DNA of 64,000 nucleotides from Escherichia phage Mt1B1_P17: sequence record NC_052662.1; one strand, 5' to 3'. Shown piece by piece: positions 35,641 to 44,956 of this stretch (position 1 is its first letter; each line of letters starts with the position of its first letter). The notes under the pieces were generated by a model. It saw only the letters and a program-made list of their open reading frames with translations, ran no database searches and was not told where the DNA came from. The position numbers and the translations under genes were made by a program.

Positions 35641-35650
35641 AGGAGGGATT

Positions 35651-35845
35651 ATGCAGAGCGGAGAAGAACTTTTAGAGAAACAATTCTCAACGCGTCAACA
35701 AGCTTTAAGTTATATGGTTTTTCTAAGCAATCTTGATGTGAATGAGATACTTTTACGGCGCGAAGGTAATTTCTGGAGCGTTAAATATCATGCAACAAGG
35801 TCTGTAATCTACCTGGAAGAGGCGGAATTCTCTTTGGTAGAATGA
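35651..35845 (+). CDS. hypothetical protein
   Basis: 64 aa, RBS AAGGAGGG. Confidence 0.5.
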   Translation: MQSGEELLEKQFSTRQQALSYMVFLSNLDVNEILLRREGNFWSVKYHATRSVIYLEEAEFSLVE

Positions 35846-35859
35846 TCCGAGGAGTAGTT

Positions 35860-36432
35860 ATGCGTTCAACTTTCACTGGCAAAATAAATGCTGGTTTGAT
35901 TTTTACAGCAGTAAGCATTCTTAGCAAAAAGTTTAAAGTTGTTAACTTACCTGTGTGTGTCGATTTCGATCATGTTTTTGATCCTTCGAACCCCACTCGT
36001 TGCATAGTAAGGAGTAATGTTGAAAACCCAACAGAAAATCTTTTTTATGTAACAAAACCATCTCAAAGCATACTTAACCAGGTTGAGGCGAAATTGATAC
36101 CTAACGGTAAATATTACTCCTTTTTACCTTGTAAGTCGGTTGAAGTAGAGAATAGCAATACTTTCGCTAATAACTTGTCTGTATTCGTTTTCTTTGTTTC
36201 ACAGGAAGACGAAACAGATGAAATGGTAGCAACAGTGAGATCACTTTATGACTCTTTAGGGGTTGTTTATAGTCAACAAGTGTGCGAAAATAATAAAGCT
36301 TGTGTAGATTTCATTATCAACGGTATTTGTGTTTGTAGAGTAGAATCTTTTTGGCTGCACGATACATATGTGACTGTAGCAGAGGTTATATCTGAACCAA
36401 GATTTAGTCATGCGGTTTCGTTAATAATTTGA
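35860..36432 (+). CDS. hypothetical protein
   Basis: internal ATG of track ORF 35842..36432. Confidence 0.5.
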   Translation: MRSTFTGKINAGLIFTAVSILSKKFKVVNLPVCVDFDHVFDPSNPTRCIVRSNVENPTENLFYVTKPSQSILNQVEAKLIPNGKYYSFLPCKSVEVENSNTFANNLSVFVFFVSQEDETDEMVATVRSLYDSLGVVYSQQVCENNKACVDFIINGICVCRVESFWLHDTYVTVAEVISEPRFSHAVSLII

Positions 36433-36442
36433 GGAGGAAGGA

Positions 36443-36772
36443 ATGGAAATTACTACAGAACAAGCCCTTATCGACGAGGGTCGTAAAATCTTAGAAAAGT
36501 ATTTAGGGGAGATTCATAAAACCCCTGGCTATTTGGGTTGGAGAATTGTTGAAGCTGTAGATTTCCTTCCTCGTAACAGTAAAAACGTCGAAATGCGATC
36601 TCTTTTCTTATTAGTAAAGGTGGATGGGGATACGCCTTTTAAAGATGCCGCAGAACATATTGAAAAAGTTGAAGAGAAAGCTTATGCAGAATTTGCCGAT
36701 CTTGTTTTAGAACAAGAGATTGAAGGAAAGGTGAATATTTTTATTTTCTTAGATTTTGAGGAGGATAAGTGA
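36443..36772 (+). CDS. hypothetical protein
   Basis: 109 aa, RBS GGAGGAAGG. Confidence 0.5.
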   Translation: MEITTEQALIDEGRKILEKYLGEIHKTPGYLGWRIVEAVDFLPRNSKNVEMRSLFLLVKVDGDTPFKDAAEHIEKVEEKAYAEFADLVLEQEIEGKVNIFIFLDFEEDK

Positions 36773-37512
36773 TCATACACAGAGAAATTACTGTTAAAAG
36801 CGATCAAGATCTTTTTATAATTGGAGATCTACACGGTTGTTATAATTTGTATGAAAAAGGAAAGGCAAAGTTAGGTATCCGAGATACAGATGTGGTTGTA
36901 TCTCTAGGAGATCTTACTGACCGTGGAAAGCAAAACTTTCGTTGTGTTTTAGAATTTACTCGTAAACACAATCGCTACGCTATTCGTGGCAATCATGAAG
37001 ACATGATGATTAAAGGTATGCTGGAAGGAGATCGTAGCTACTACGAGTGTTGGTATCAAAATGGAGGATATACGGTCTTTGAAGAATGTGGTGAAGAAGG
37101 AGCTACAGCCTTAGCAATGATGACAGAAGATTTACCTGTTGTTCTCATTGTTAACTACAGAGGCATGAAACTTGCGTTTATTCATGGTGGGTATCCATCT
37201 TCTTTGGAATATCTCCCTGTAACAGATATTCCAGAATACATTTCGAAGATGACAAAAACACAGGAAAACCGTTTTGCTGAAGCACTTATGTGGGACAGAG
37301 ATATGGTAGACTGTGCTAAAGAGGGAATGAAACTTCCTGTTGTGATGGGTGTGGATTATGTGTTTCATGGACACTCTTATGTAAAAACACCTATTATCAA
37401 TGCGAATCGTGTTTATATGGATACTGGATCTGTGTTCAATAATAACTTAACATTTGCTTATTTCGATATGGACGGTGGTCTTCAATTTTATTCAACTCTT
37501 GAGGAGGATTAA
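36769..37512 (+). CDS. Ser/Thr protein phosphatase-type metallophosphoesterase
   Basis: 247 aa; GDLHGC, GDLTDRG, GNHE, HGG motifs. Confidence 0.7.
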   Translation: MIIHREITVKSDQDLFIIGDLHGCYNLYEKGKAKLGIRDTDVVVSLGDLTDRGKQNFRCVLEFTRKHNRYAIRGNHEDMMIKGMLEGDRSYYECWYQNGGYTVFEECGEEGATALAMMTEDLPVVLIVNYRGMKLAFIHGGYPSSLEYLPVTDIPEYISKMTKTQENRFAEALMWDRDMVDCAKEGMKLPVVMGVDYVFHGHSYVKTPIINANRVYMDTGSVFNNNLTFAYFDMDGGLQFYSTLEED

Positions 37513-37820
37513 TGTATAAGATTACAATTATTCAAAGTGTAGGTAATATCCGTAAAGAAGTTATCTTAGAAACAGAAGATGTTAATCTTGTTCGTGAGAT
37601 TGTTCTTAAGGAAGATAACCTGCAAGCTGTAGAATCAGATGCACCGAATCTTATGGTGGATCAAGAATATTCTGAACTTCGTCGTATTTTTGAAGAGATT
37701 CAGAAGAAAGAAACACAACCGACCATAAAACCTTTTGGTCCTTATGATCCGAGCAATCCTAGCAGTCCTTGGATCATGAGAAATACGGAACCGTATACAC
37801 CTTTTGAAATTACTTGTTGA
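37512..37820 (+). CDS. hypothetical protein
   Basis: 102 aa. Confidence 0.5.
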   Translation: MYKITIIQSVGNIRKEVILETEDVNLVREIVLKEDNLQAVESDAPNLMVDQEYSELRRIFEEIQKKETQPTIKPFGPYDPSNPSSPWIMRNTEPYTPFEITC

Positions 37821-38409
37821 GGTGATTATGGCAGAACTGTTCTATACGGGAGTTGGAAGTAGAGACATATCCGAAGAAGAGTGGGCTTTGATGGTAGGCA
37901 TAGGGAAATGGCTTTCAAACCTTGGGTTTAAATTAAGGTCTGGGAAGGCAGAGGGTAGTGATTCTGCTTTTGAAACAGGTGTCCAAGAGTCTGAAAATCC
38001 TACTAACAAGGAGATTTATGTTCCTTGGGAAAATTTCAAAGGTAATCAGATTCCAGGGGATGTTATTGTTCTTGCAAAACCAGATACAATGAACTATGCT
38101 ATCTCTGTGCAATGGATCAAAGATGTTCACCCAGCCTATGAAAAGCTTAAGCAGGGTGCTAGAAAATTGCACCAACGTAATGTGCATCAAGTGTTAGGTA
38201 GAGATTTGGAGAATCCTGCTCCATCATGTTTCTTGTTGGCTTGTGCTAATACTGATAAACATGGAGATGCAAAAGGTGGAACAGCTACGGCTTGGAAGAT
38301 AGCTAAAGCCAATAATGTTCCTTGTTTAAACATTCGTGGGAAAACAAAACAAGAGATTTACGATTTTCTACGACCTTTGGTAATGAGGGCAATAACAAGT
38401 GATTCCTAA
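37804..38409 (+). CDS. hypothetical protein
   Basis: 201 aa. Confidence 0.5.
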   Translation: MKLLVEVIMAELFYTGVGSRDISEEEWALMVGIGKWLSNLGFKLRSGKAEGSDSAFETGVQESENPTNKEIYVPWENFKGNQIPGDVIVLAKPDTMNYAISVQWIKDVHPAYEKLKQGARKLHQRNVHQVLGRDLENPAPSCFLLACANTDKHGDAKGGTATAWKIAKANNVPCLNIRGKTKQEIYDFLRPLVMRAITSDS

Positions 38410-38911
38410 GCGTAAACGTGGTGAACAAAGAACAAACTTGGCAGAAATCTTAGATTACAACATGGTTAATGATGTGACAAAAGAAATTCTGCCTGTTGTA
38501 GAAGATATTCTTCAAAGAGGGTTACGATTCTGCTCGGATCGGGTGCATTTCATGTGGACACATAAAAGTGACTCCGCTTTGAATTTCTATCCTTTGGATT
38601 ATACTCTGAACAATACAGAGATGAAAGATATCAACAAATACTTAATGGGATATAAAGATATAACCGAAACTGTTCTTGGAGAATTGGCAGAAATCTTGGC
38701 TAACGATATTCTTAGAAATATTAATAAGGCTCTTGACAGAAGCCCAGCAGGAGTAGTAGTATCTTTTGCTGTGCCAGATATGGTTAAATATGAGTCTACA
38801 ATACCTAATAAAGCTTATGCCTTTCTTCGGAGAGACGTTCGTGGAAATGTGTTGGAGATGGAGTCAAACTACAAGATTGAGGAGGTTTTATGGCAGAGTT
38901 CGGATCAGTAA
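38399..38911 (+). CDS. hypothetical protein
   Basis: 170 aa. Confidence 0.5.
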   Translation: MIPKRKRGEQRTNLAEILDYNMVNDVTKEILPVVEDILQRGLRFCSDRVHFMWTHKSDSALNFYPLDYTLNNTEMKDINKYLMGYKDITETVLGELAEILANDILRNINKALDRSPAGVVVSFAVPDMVKYESTIPNKAYAFLRRDVRGNVLEMESNYKIEEVLWQSSDQ

Positions 38912-39180
38912 CAAGTTTTGAAAGTAACTTCGTTACCGCTTGGGAAGCTTGGGATGAAATGGGTGTTGGGGAACTTTATTTTTACAATGTAACACTACGT
39001 CCAGAGTATGCTTACCTGGTACCAGAAGGGACAGTTCAAATTGGCATGTATCTGTCTTCTCAAGACGGTGTTGTTCAGTTTGAGTTTTATTCAAACACAA
39101 CGGACAACGAATTTACATATCGTGCATTTCATGTCAACATGTCTTTAGGAGAGGAGAAATTTTATGACGACCAAGTTTAA
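38890..39180 (+). CDS. hypothetical protein
   Basis: 96 aa. Confidence 0.5.
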   Translation: MAEFGSVTSFESNFVTAWEAWDEMGVGELYFYNVTLRPEYAYLVPEGTVQIGMYLSSQDGVVQFEFYSNTTDNEFTYRAFHVNMSLGEEKFYDDQV

Positions 39181-39361
39181 AACAGTAGAAGAAGCCGTAA
39201 AAGCAGCTTATGAGGCTTTAGCGGAAGCAGAGCAGTTAGCAGATGAGACTGGTAAAGGTTTCCGTTTCTCCCCTGAATATGGGATGGGTGGCTATTATGA
39301 TCCAGAAGATGAAAATGAGAATACTGGAACAAATTGGCATCCATCTTCTTTAAGTTGTTAA
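39164..39361 (+). CDS. small protein, C-terminal W-x-SS-x-C family, member 1
   Basis: 65 aa, ends ...GTNWHPSSLSC. Confidence 0.5.
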   Translation: MTTKFKTVEEAVKAAYEALAEAEQLADETGKGFRFSPEYGMGGYYDPEDENENTGTNWHPSSLSC

Positions 39362-39648
39362 TAGGAGGTAAAGTGGGAATCGAAGATATCAAAGGTTATA
39401 AGGCGCATACTGACGATAAGATTGGCAAGGTTAACGCTATTAAAGATGCAGAAGAGCGTTTAGGTTTAATCTTCAAAGCTTTAGAGGAAGAGTATTGTGA
39501 AGCATATCATGGGTCTTTTGACGGCACAGAAAAAGAATTAGATCTTGCATACGAACGTATTGATCAAATCCGTTGTGCTATTAAACATTTAAAAGAAGCT
39601 AGTATGTGGGCTTGTCGTTCAGTTTTCCAACCAGAGGAGAAATACTAA
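39334..39648 (+). CDS. hypothetical protein
   Basis: 104 aa. Confidence 0.45.
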   Translation: MASIFFKLLIGGKVGIEDIKGYKAHTDDKIGKVNAIKDAEERLGLIFKALEEEYCEAYHGSFDGTEKELDLAYERIDQIRCAIKHLKEASMWACRSVFQPEEKY

Positions 39649-39866
39649 TGAGTGATCGTAATGTTGAAGAATTAACTGAAAAAGCCCAAGCTATTATGGC
39701 TTTAGTGGACGAACTTACAAAAGAAGCTGAAGATGCTGGTTTTGGTCTTAGTTTAGAAAATGACGCAATCTGTTTTGAAGATTGGCAATCCTCTTCTTGT
39801 TATGGTGAAGGTGATGATGGTTTCGTCGTTAATTCTCAAGGCGTTTGGCACAGTAGTAGCTGTTAA
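39606..39866 (+). CDS. small protein, C-terminal W-x-SS-x-C family, member 2
   Basis: 86 aa, ends ...GVWHSSSC, also internal WQSSSCYGEGDDG. Confidence 0.5.
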   Translation: MGLSFSFPTRGEILMSDRNVEELTEKAQAIMALVDELTKEAEDAGFGLSLENDAICFEDWQSSSCYGEGDDGFVVNSQGVWHSSSC

Positions 39867-39875
39867 GGAGAGATT

Positions 39876-40148
39876 GTGGAGTCTGAAGGCGAACTGCTGA
39901 TAAAAAAGAAAGTTAAAGAGATGGAACAAGCACAAAGAAAGTTCCGTAAGGAGATTGAAGAACTTTGTGAACAGTTTCAGGAACAAGCTTGGATAGGTGA
40001 CTACGGTAACGGAGAAACTTATTACCCTACAGGAACGCCAGCCGCAGATCACTATATTGATTTCATTTGTGAAGATTATGGTGTAGAGTTGGATGAAAAT
40101 GGTTTAACCACAAGAGGTGTTTGGATCTCTTCTTCCTCAATGTGTTAG
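39876..40148 (+). CDS. small protein, C-terminal W-x-SS-x-C family, member 3
   Basis: 90 aa, ends ...RGVWISSSSMC. Confidence 0.5.
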   Translation: MESEGELLIKKKVKEMEQAQRKFRKEIEELCEQFQEQAWIGDYGNGETYYPTGTPAADHYIDFICEDYGVELDENGLTTRGVWISSSSMC

Positions 40149-40156
40149 TAAATAAT

Positions 40157-40180
40157 AACCCGCTTCGGCGGGTTTTTTAT
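40157..40180 (+). terminator. Rho-independent terminator
   Basis: AACCCGC-TTCG-GCGGGTT followed by TTTTTAT. Confidence 0.7.
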
Positions 40181-40238
40181 TGACAGGAATCTGGAAGCTT
40201 GATAAACTTAACCTATCAACCAATAGAGGAGAAATATT

Positions 40239-41180
40239 ATGGTGTTAATTGGTAGCCGTGCATTGCAAATTCATGCTATGGACATGGGAAAAGACTTGTA
40301 TCGCCCTTGTGTAGATTTAGATTACCTGTGTACAGAACAAGAGTGGGAAGAATTATCAAAAATGTTCTCTCAAGAGGAGTTTGTTGAACTTGTAGAACGT
40401 AAAGGAAACAAAGGCCATGTCAAAATGATAGCTGGTGCACATTTGGAATACGATATTGCTTCTCAAGGAGATAGCACAGAAGCTTTGATTAGTTATTGTG
40501 AAGATTCTGATGATGTTCGTCGAACTTACGCTGGACATGTTGTTGCTCCTTTAGATGTGCTCTACCTTCTTAAAATGAGTCATCGTTTTAAAAAGGATAG
40601 TCCTCACTTCTTTAAAACTATGAAAGATATTCATTTCATGCGGTCACTGGGCGCAAAGATCCCAGAAAATCTTAAGAGTATTTATGAGTTGCGTGAGAAA
40701 GAAACATACACTTACTCTCATCCGAACTTAAACGTAAAAAGTAAAGACTTTTTTAAAGGTGATGAGGTTCCGTATGTTTATGATCATGATTCTATCCATG
40801 AAGCAATCGCGGTAATGGATGCTCCGGCATATAAATCTTATATGAAAGATGGAAGTGAAGTTATGACCAGCAAAGAAAAGTTTTTTGCTCAACCAAAACA
40901 TGTGCGCCTGTTAGGTGTTTATGAAGAAGCGTGTGTTTTGGCTTTGGAACGTTCACAAATTCCTTTCGGTGGAGAGATCGGAGGTCCAACCCCTAAGCAA
41001 AGTTTTATAATGGCTTTATCTAAAGTCTGCACATCCATCACTAGTGGTTGGTTTAGGGAATATGCTTGGGAAAACTTTTATGTTGTTATTAAGCTATATG
41101 AAAACATGGGCGAAAACGACTATGTTGAACGTTTTAAAGCTAATCAACATGTAGTAAAGCCTTTTGAAGGAGGTTATTAA
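40239..41180 (+). CDS. hypothetical protein
   Basis: 313 aa, RBS AGAGGAGA. Confidence 0.55.
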   Translation: MVLIGSRALQIHAMDMGKDLYRPCVDLDYLCTEQEWEELSKMFSQEEFVELVERKGNKGHVKMIAGAHLEYDIASQGDSTEALISYCEDSDDVRRTYAGHVVAPLDVLYLLKMSHRFKKDSPHFFKTMKDIHFMRSLGAKIPENLKSIYELREKETYTYSHPNLNVKSKDFFKGDEVPYVYDHDSIHEAIAVMDAPAYKSYMKDGSEVMTSKEKFFAQPKHVRLLGVYEEACVLALERSQIPFGGEIGGPTPKQSFIMALSKVCTSITSGWFREYAWENFYVVIKLYENMGENDYVERFKANQHVVKPFEGGY

Positions 41181-41577
41181 TATGTGTGGATATCTTTCAG
41201 AAAGTTATTTCAAAGTGACGCATGAGGATTTAGAAAAAGCACGATTGAAACTGACAGCTATTATTGAATACTCTAATACTGTTGATCACAGATTAAAGAC
41301 TACTAAAGTATCTGTTCCTTGTTGGTTAGGTTTACGGCATAAAATAATGTCTCAACATGACCATGTTGTTCGAGAGATGCATGGTTGGTGTTGGTTTCAC
41401 GATGTGGCTCTGCATTTTGGTTATATTACAGAAGAAGAGCATAGATTCTGTGAACTAACATATCGTATTCCAACCCTTCACGATTTAGATTTGTGGAAGA
41501 AAGCAAACGAGATTTTTCTTACAGAAAGTGATTGGCGTAAAGTTATGGCTTGTCTTGAATGGAGGGGTAATGAGTAA
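41164..41577 (+). CDS. hypothetical protein
   Basis: 137 aa. Confidence 0.5.
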   Translation: MKEVINMCGYLSESYFKVTHEDLEKARLKLTAIIEYSNTVDHRLKTTKVSVPCWLGLRHKIMSQHDHVVREMHGWCWFHDVALHFGYITEEEHRFCELTYRIPTLHDLDLWKKANEIFLTESDWRKVMACLEWRGNE

Positions 41578-42253
41578 AACAGTTTTGTCTATGTTTGACG
41601 GATCTGGAATCATGGTGTTACGTTATGCCGAAGCAGGTCACAAGTGTTTTTGTGTAAACGCTGATGAAGGGGATCACGGTAAATACGAGGTTAGGATGGA
41701 GCACCCAAACATAACCTATGTGAATGCCTGGATAGATTCTACATTCAACCCTGAAGATCATGGGATACCTAAACCCGATATTATTTTTGGATTTCCACCT
41801 TGCACTATGTTAGCAGGTAGTGGTAGCAAACACGAACGCAGCACAGAGGAATTGGATGAAGCTTTAGCTAATATTCGTGTAGTGGAAGCTTTGGGTAACA
41901 AATATAATGTTCCTTGGATGATTGAGAACCCAGTAGGTAAACTTTCAACCTTATGGCGTAAACCCGATTTTTACTTTGATCCTTATGAGTATGGTGGGTA
42001 TTTGTTTGAAGAGGAAGGAAGCTTTCATCCTAAAATGCCTACCCGTGATGGGTATACAAAGAAAACTTGTATTTGGCACGGCAATGGTTTTGTTCAACCA
42101 GTGAAGAAACCAGTAGATCATATAGGCTGCTTCTGGGGTTGGAAAAGCTTAGGTGGAGCTAGTGCAAAAACAAAACAACTTAGATCACTAACCGCACGTG
42201 GTTTTGCTCGTGCAGTGTTTTTGTCTAACAATCTTCTAGATAAGGAGAAATAA
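41570..42253 (+). CDS. putative C5-cytosine DNA methyltransferase-like protein (short)
   Basis: internal ATG after GGAGGGG; motif I-like FDGSG, PC motif FGFPPC, ENV motif WMIENPVG; lacks an obvious target-recognition region. Confidence 0.4.
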   Translation: MSKTVLSMFDGSGIMVLRYAEAGHKCFCVNADEGDHGKYEVRMEHPNITYVNAWIDSTFNPEDHGIPKPDIIFGFPPCTMLAGSGSKHERSTEELDEALANIRVVEALGNKYNVPWMIENPVGKLSTLWRKPDFYFDPYEYGGYLFEEEGSFHPKMPTRDGYTKKTCIWHGNGFVQPVKKPVDHIGCFWGWKSLGGASAKTKQLRSLTARGFARAVFLSNNLLDKEK

Positions 42254-42906
42254 TGTCAAATTCAAAACCAGTGGTTGCTTATCAAGTAGATCGTAATGAT
42301 GGTGAAGGAAGTGTTGTTATTTTCAGTACACACGGTCTTGAGGCTCGTCGAAAAGGTGCATATCGTTTAGAATGTGAGTTTGAAGACTGCACAAGTCACC
42401 GTGTCAAACAATTCGATCAATATGCTGATAAAGGCTTCGTCCCTATCAAAGCGTTACTGGAAGATGGTTGGTGGGTATATTCTGCTTTTGATTACTCAAA
42501 ACTGGAGGAGTCAGCTTCGTGCGCCTCCGAGATCGAATATGATGATTACTATGACACTTTATACCTTCCAGAATGGCTTGTCTTTTCTCCTGATGAGAGA
42601 AGTGTCTGGAAAACGTGGGAAGAAATGGAGAGACATGCGTATAGCATCAATGAAGCTTTAGATCGTAAAGCTTGGTTTATTGAGGCAGTAAAGGCGGCAT
42701 ACCCCCAATTCTCATTCTGTGATTTCACTGGTGGCCCAGGATACATTACACATACAGCCTCTTTTGAGTTTCCTGGTTCACGTTATAAGGGTAATGTTTA
42801 TTGGGACTGGGATGAAAATAAACAACCTTCGGCTCAAGACTTCCGTTGCTATGTTTGTCAAGGTGATCAAGAAGCCCTTGACAAATACCTTGAAAGTCTG
42901 GTATAG
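42253..42906 (+). CDS. hypothetical protein
   Basis: 217 aa, RBS AAGGAGA. Confidence 0.5.
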   Translation: MSNSKPVVAYQVDRNDGEGSVVIFSTHGLEARRKGAYRLECEFEDCTSHRVKQFDQYADKGFVPIKALLEDGWWVYSAFDYSKLEESASCASEIEYDDYYDTLYLPEWLVFSPDERSVWKTWEEMERHAYSINEALDRKAWFIEAVKAAYPQFSFCDFTGGPGYITHTASFEFPGSRYKGNVYWDWDENKQPSAQDFRCYVCQGDQEALDKYLESLV

Positions 42907-42923
42907 TGCCGATATCTGAACAA

Positions 42924-42952
42924 AGCCTCCTGTTTCAGGGGGCTTTTCTTTT
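42924..42952 (+). terminator. Rho-independent terminator
   Basis: AGCCTCC-TGTTTCA-GGGGGCT followed by TTTCTTTTAT. Confidence 0.6.
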
Positions 42953-42964
42953 ATAGGAGGGAAT

Positions 42965-43450
42965 ATGTTTCAAGTAAATGTCAATGTGCATAATAGTTAC
43001 TCTGATTGTGAAACGTGTGGCTATAATTCATCTAATGTTATTCGTATTAGTGGCGATTTAGGAGAAGCTTCTTTTGGAGAAGAAGCAAGTTGCTTTAGTG
43101 GTATGGATGCAGAATGGAATGATATTGCACATTGGTTAGTGAGCAAACTAAAAGAAAAAGAGAAACCATTTCCTACTCTGCTTGATCGTTCTCTTGTGGA
43201 AGATGCAGGTAAAGCATATGCAGACTATGCGTATGCAGACGGGAAATATTTGGAAGATGATAAGGCTAACCATTTGCTTTATGTTTACTATGAAGCTGAA
43301 TCTGCCTACGATAATTATTACAGCATGTCTAACATCCTACGTCTGTTTGCAGAGTTTGATATTTATTTCGAAGTAGAATTTTCAGAAGATGATACTTACG
43401 AGTACAATTCTTATGATCCATTTGAGGAGGAAGAATGCCAAGACGAGTAA
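42965..43450 (+). CDS. hypothetical acidic protein
   Basis: 161 aa. Confidence 0.5.
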   Translation: MFQVNVNVHNSYSDCETCGYNSSNVIRISGDLGEASFGEEASCFSGMDAEWNDIAHWLVSKLKEKEKPFPTLLDRSLVEDAGKAYADYAYADGKYLEDDKANHLLYVYYEAESAYDNYYSMSNILRLFAEFDIYFEVEFSEDDTYEYNSYDPFEEEECQDE

Positions 43451-44250
43451 TTTTTGTAAGCGGTGCAGGTTTAAGCGCAGACAGTGGGATTCGAACATTT
43501 AGAACAGACACAGATAGTGGTCGTGCTTTATGGGAAGAATATGATTTAGAAGAGGTCTGCGATATTGGAGCTTTCCAAGCAGGTTATCGTGTTAGAACAT
43601 CTCCAGATCTTCCAGTGGTCGGTGGTGTAGACGAGAACGGTATGGATTTGTATGCCAAAACACACGAATTTTATAACAAAAGACGTGTTGAGCTTAAAGA
43701 TGTACAACCTAATGCTGCACATATTCAAATAGCAAAGTGGTTTAAGGAATATCCTAACCAAATAGTAAACTTGACAACAAACGTTGATGATCTACTAGAG
43801 CGAGCAGGTGTAGACAGAGATTCTGTTATTCACGTACACGGATATCTTCCTGAAGTAGTTTACCGTATGCATCCTGGAGATTACAAAACACTGGTAGATA
43901 TTGGTTACAATAGTATAAACATAGATGATTATAACTGGGTGAAGCCTAATGTTGTATTTTTTGGTGAGGCTGCACCTTTGTATGCAGATATGGCTCACTT
44001 GTTCGATACTTTGACCATGCAAGATTTGGTTGTAGTAGTAGGATGTTCAAACCAAGTTATCAATTTTAATTGGGAATTATTTCCTGCACTTAGTATGGGT
44101 ACAAAAATGGTTGTAGTTAACCCTGGAGTTAATTACGAAGAAACACTTCTCTATGAAGATCGTGGAGTTTTTGTTTACCGAGAAAAAGCTGCAACAGCCT
44201 TCAGCAATGAAGGTTTCATTAAAATGGTCGAAGACCACTTAAACAAATAA
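43435..44250 (+). CDS. Sir2-family (sirtuin-like) NAD-dependent protein
   Basis: 271 aa; N-terminal sirtuin NAD-binding motif FVSGAGLSADSGIRTFR. Confidence 0.6.
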   Translation: MPRRVIFVSGAGLSADSGIRTFRTDTDSGRALWEEYDLEEVCDIGAFQAGYRVRTSPDLPVVGGVDENGMDLYAKTHEFYNKRRVELKDVQPNAAHIQIAKWFKEYPNQIVNLTTNVDDLLERAGVDRDSVIHVHGYLPEVVYRMHPGDYKTLVDIGYNSINIDDYNWVKPNVVFFGEAAPLYADMAHLFDTLTMQDLVVVVGCSNQVINFNWELFPALSMGTKMVVVNPGVNYEETLLYEDRGVFVYREKAATAFSNEGFIKMVEDHLNK

Positions 44251-44258
44251 ACCACTCA

Positions 44259-44282
44259 AGGGGCTTCGGCCCCTTTCTTATT
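44259..44282 (+). terminator. Rho-independent terminator
   Basis: AGGGGC-TTCG-GCCCCT followed by TTCTTATT; same hairpin as at 27867 and 32161. Confidence 0.65.
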
Positions 44283-44293
44283 AGGAGAATAAA

Positions 44294-44566
44294 ATGACTG
44301 AAGAAATCCGTGATTACTACCTTGCACATTACGTTTACTACTTTGCCAATGCTACACAAAAAGGGGAAGGTAATCTTTACTTGGCAACAGGACATGGAAC
44401 AGGCGTTAGGAAATCAAATATTGATAATGCCTTGGCTCAAGTGGCTGCGGGGCTAGAAGATAAACTTCAAACACCTGTAGTTGTAGTGATGCAAAATATA
44501 AGTTACCTAGCAAGTTGTACTGAAACCGAATTTAACGCGTCTGAGACGCAATCTAACGAAGAATAA
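44294..44566 (+). CDS. hypothetical protein
   Basis: 90 aa; last gene of the rightward block. Confidence 0.5.
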   Translation: MTEEIRDYYLAHYVYYFANATQKGEGNLYLATGHGTGVRKSNIDNALAQVAAGLEDKLQTPVVVVMQNISYLASCTETEFNASETQSNEE

Positions 44567-44567
44567 A

Positions 44568-44600
44568 ACAAAGGCACCCAAGTGGGTGCCTTTTCTATTT
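44568..44600. terminator. bidirectional terminator at the convergent strand switch
   Basis: GGCACCCA-AG-TGGGTGCC flanked by A-run upstream and T-run downstream. Confidence 0.7.
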
Positions 44601-44635
44601 TAGAGCGTCTCTGTTCGATTTAGGTGGGTTCTAGC

Positions 44636-44866
44636 TTACTTGTGTAGTGCTCTCTCGTATAACTCAATGATCAATTCATCCTCTACTGTAATACGCGCCA
44701 TTTGATCCGTCTTAAGTATTGTTGGTTGGTAGTGGTGCATTTCACTATTGATACTACAATCCCATTCGTCATAACCTAAATACTCTCCTACATGGACCTT
44801 AACCATAAAGGGAAACGGGTTATCTACCAAAAATGCCATACAACCTTCTTCGATTTTATTTAACAC
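44636..44866 (-). CDS. hypothetical protein
   Basis: 76 aa; last gene of the leftward accessory block. Confidence 0.45.
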   Translation of the reverse strand: MLNKIEEGCMAFLVDNPFPFMVKVHVGEYLGYDEWDCSINSEMHHYQPTILKTDQMARITVEDELIIELYERALHK

Positions 44867-44956
44867 ACGACCTCCTATTGCTACAGATATGAAAAACCCG
44901 CCGAAGCGGGTTCTATTGCTACGATAGGATCACTATCCTATAGTATTGTTTCTGTG

